A DNA stretch of 45,222 bases from a virus (taxonomy: Duplodnaviria > Caudoviricetes), in IMG/VR virus record IMGVR_UViG_3300020045_004499, positions 1-45,222 of that record; one strand, written 5' to 3'. The position numbers were made by a program, and so were the translations under genes. Under the pieces are notes generated by a model. The model was not told the DNA's origin, did not search any database, and was given only the letters and a program-made list of their open reading frames with translations. Position 1 is the first letter of the stretch, and each line of letters begins with the position of its first letter. Of this stretch, positions 43,319 to 45,222 are shown piece by piece.

Positions 43319-45222
43319 TTACGCCGGGTTGGCTGGCGCGTAGGCGGCGCCGGAGATCCATTCCACGGCCGACGTGCGCGCACGCTTCCACGAAATGAAC
43401 CGCTCGACTCGGATACCGATCAAATTGCGCTGCCAGAACGACTGAAGAACAGCGCCGGTGATCGGGGATGCCTCGCCAGCGATCGGAGTCGACGACATTT
43501 CCACCGAGGCCTGGTCGGAAACAGAGATTTCCATTCCGCCATCGTCGGCGAACAGGATCTCCGATGCCTTCACAACCACAAGCCGGGCGCCAACGCTCTG
43601 CGAAACCACGAGGGGGACGCCACCAACGAATCCACCATTGATCGTCAGGTCCGGAAACTCCCTCGCCGACGACAACGAGTTGCGCATGAGCGAGAGGTTG
43701 TAAGCGTTGGTTTCCGAAAGCAGGATGACCGCGTCGGACGGCTTGTTGCCGCTCGTCACAAATGCCGTCATCGCCACGGAGAGGTCATACTCGAAGTCTC
43801 CCGCCGTGGTTCCACCTGTCGAGCCAGCCGCGGACTTGCCGTTCAGGATCGATGCAGGATTCACGCCTGCCACTCCAGCAACGGTGTCCGTGATGAACTG
43901 CTCATCCAAGAACTTGGTGCATTGCTTGACCATCGAGTCCTTGATGATGCCTTCCGCTGCCGGACTGGAGAACTTCGCCAACTCCTTCGTGATGACGACA
44001 ATGCCAGCGGCCTTGAACGGCGTGATGGTGGCCTGGTCGTAGGCCATCGCGCTCACAGGCTTCGGAGCGGACTCCGCAACCCAGTTGAACGTCGATCCAG
44101 TGGTTTCCAGCGGAATCGCCACATTGAACGGAACGCGCTTCAATCCGGGAATTCTTCCGATCAGCGTTGCCGGACGAAGCAGCTCGATGAATTCGCCGGT
44201 CAGATTTCCCGCAGCCGTGGGAACCAGCTGCGAAGCGAATCCCGATGTCGTGGTGTCGCCGGCGGCAATGGTTGCCTTCAGTTCCAACTCGACTTCAGGG
44301 GAATCGGGGTAATACTTTCGCGCCAACTCGATCGGGCTGACGTGACGCTCGTGCGCGTTGATCATGCAGATAACCTTACGGGCCATCCCGTGACCTTTGG
44401 GCAGTTGAGACTTGACCTCGACCGATTCGCTGCTGCGTTCGCGGCCACGATTGCGGGAGCCCTCTTCCTGGGTCTGAGCTTTCACGGCGACCGCGGTGCC
44501 GATCGCTTTTTCGTGCGACCTCAGCGATGTCAGCCTGTCGGCCATGCCGTCGACTTCCTTCGCAAGTGTGGCGTACTCGGCCTGCTCGTCGGTTTCTTCG
44601 GAGTCGACAATCTCGTCCATCCGAAGACGCTTCGTCTTCAAATCGGCCTCAAGTGCCAGAATCTTTTCCTGAATAGTTTTCATGGAGTTGTTCCCAATGC
44701 CCGAGACGCCGGGGATGGTTTTCGTTTTGCCAGTCTCTGATCCGTTGCGCGTTTTGCCAGACGCGGCCAGCGCTTCGGAGTCGAAAGACTTGACGGTGAG
44801 GATTGATGCTTCTGCGTTTGCGGGGATCGTGACGGCAGATAATTCCAGCCACTCGCTCTTGAGGATTCGGAATCCTCCGGCGTCCTTCATATAGGATTCT
44901 TCGAGCGTCCTGAACCCAATCGAGAAACCGCGAACCAGTCCGGCCTTGATCAAAGACCATGCTTCATCGATGAACGGGGCCACGCCGGGAGCGGCAATCT
45001 GCGCCTTGATCGAGATGCCGTCCTTACCCACCTTCGCCGAAGTTACTGTGCCTATCGGCTGCCTGGCGTTGTGTTGATACAGCAAGGGCAGCGGCAGCTT
45101 AAACTGTATGCCGGAGGTCTCGATAACATCGCCCATGCGGTCTGTTGTCGGCGTTGTCGCAATGCCTTCAAGCGTGCGGGCGTCGTCGCTGCTTGACTTG
45201 ATCTCCAGCACGGAGTAGGCGC
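43319..45222 (-). CDS. fused prohead protease - HK97-fold major capsid protein (start lies beyond the window)
   Basis: N-part GIATTP..DR.GD, LLYQH...PIG, GFSIGF, ELSAVTIPAN. C-part EFIELLRP, WVAE...KP, WQRNLIGIRVER. No stop between them. Confidence 0.95.
   Translation of the reverse strand, partial: AYSVLEIKSSSDDARTLEGIATTPTTDRMGDVIETSGIQFKLPLPLLYQHNARQPIGTVTSAKVGKDGISIKAQIAAPGVAPFIDEAWSLIKAGLVRGFSIGFRTLEESYMKDAGGFRILKSEWLELSAVTIPANAEASILTVKSFDSEALAASGKTRNGSETGKTKTIPGVSGIGNNSMKTIQEKILALEADLKTKRLRMDEIVDSEETDEQAEYATLAKEVDGMADRLTSLRSHEKAIGTAVAVKAQTQEEGSRNRGRERSSESVEVKSQLPKGHGMARKVICMINAHERHVSPIELARKYYPDSPEVELELKATIAAGDTTTSGFASQLVPTAAGNLTGEFIELLRPATLIGRIPGLKRVPFNVAIPLETTGSTFNWVAESAPKPVSAMAYDQATITPFKAAGIVVITKELAKFSSPAAEGIIKDSMVKQCTKFLDEQFITDTVAGVAGVNPASILNGKSAAGSTGGTTAGDFEYDLSVAMTAFVTSGNKPSDAVILLSETNAYNLSLMRNSLSSAREFPDLTINGGFVGGVPLVVSQSVGARLVVVKASEILFADDGGMEISVSDQASVEMSSTPIAGEASPITGAVLQSFWQRNLIGIRVERFISWKRARTSAVEWISGAAYAPANPA

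Noticed and set aside
41639-44330. Other SP dipeptides in portal and capsid (GVSPI, MSPDEAR, FSSPAAE, YPDSPEV) as sequons
   Set aside because: They fall in or near family-typical core motifs and do not fit the strict pattern, so they were not counted.
43280-44740. 486-aa + strand ORF, and similar long antisense ORFs at 22932..23999, 37627..38583 and 4114..5211
   Set aside because: Antisense shadows of well-supported genes in GC-rich DNA; no motifs.
1-45222. tRNA, rRNA, integrase/att site, terminase, host assignment
   Set aside because: None recognisable by eye, and the sequence alone does not support naming a host.

Overview
This is most of a tailed dsDNA phage genome (siphovirus-like, HK97-fold head). 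No terminase, integrase, CI-type repressor or recognisable peptidoglycan hydrolase is visible, and both window ends are truncated. Layout: (1) 1-1080 holds HNH genes, including a packaging-type HNH that breaks off at about 640. (2) 1500-5870 is a + strand block of small accessory genes preceded by a palindrome-rich, origin-like region. (3) 5907-14044 is a - strand replication block (D5/SF3 helicase, DNA MTase, CHC2 zinc finger, VRR-NUC, MazG, ASCH-like, HNH, SF2 helicase, RHH). (4) A divergent promoter and a ~240-nt highly base-paired leader precede a + strand early block (Acb2/Tad1-like, Sak4-like ATPase, SSB). (5) 18020-45222 is the - strand late operon: protease-capsid fusion, portal, collagen-like protein, head-tail connector, fibre/neck genes, a nine-gene glycosyltransferase/methyltransferase cassette, then tail genes, a holin-like gene and a beta-helix enzyme. 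The most striking signal is a short acidic Ser-Pro motif ([E/D/A/T]-S-P-[P/S/T]). It appears about 12 times in five different virion proteins, with relaxed copies in the capsid and major tail proteins, in the same operon as the glycosylation cassette. This suggests a sequon-directed virion glycosylation system. All calls come from motif reading by eye; no database searches were run.
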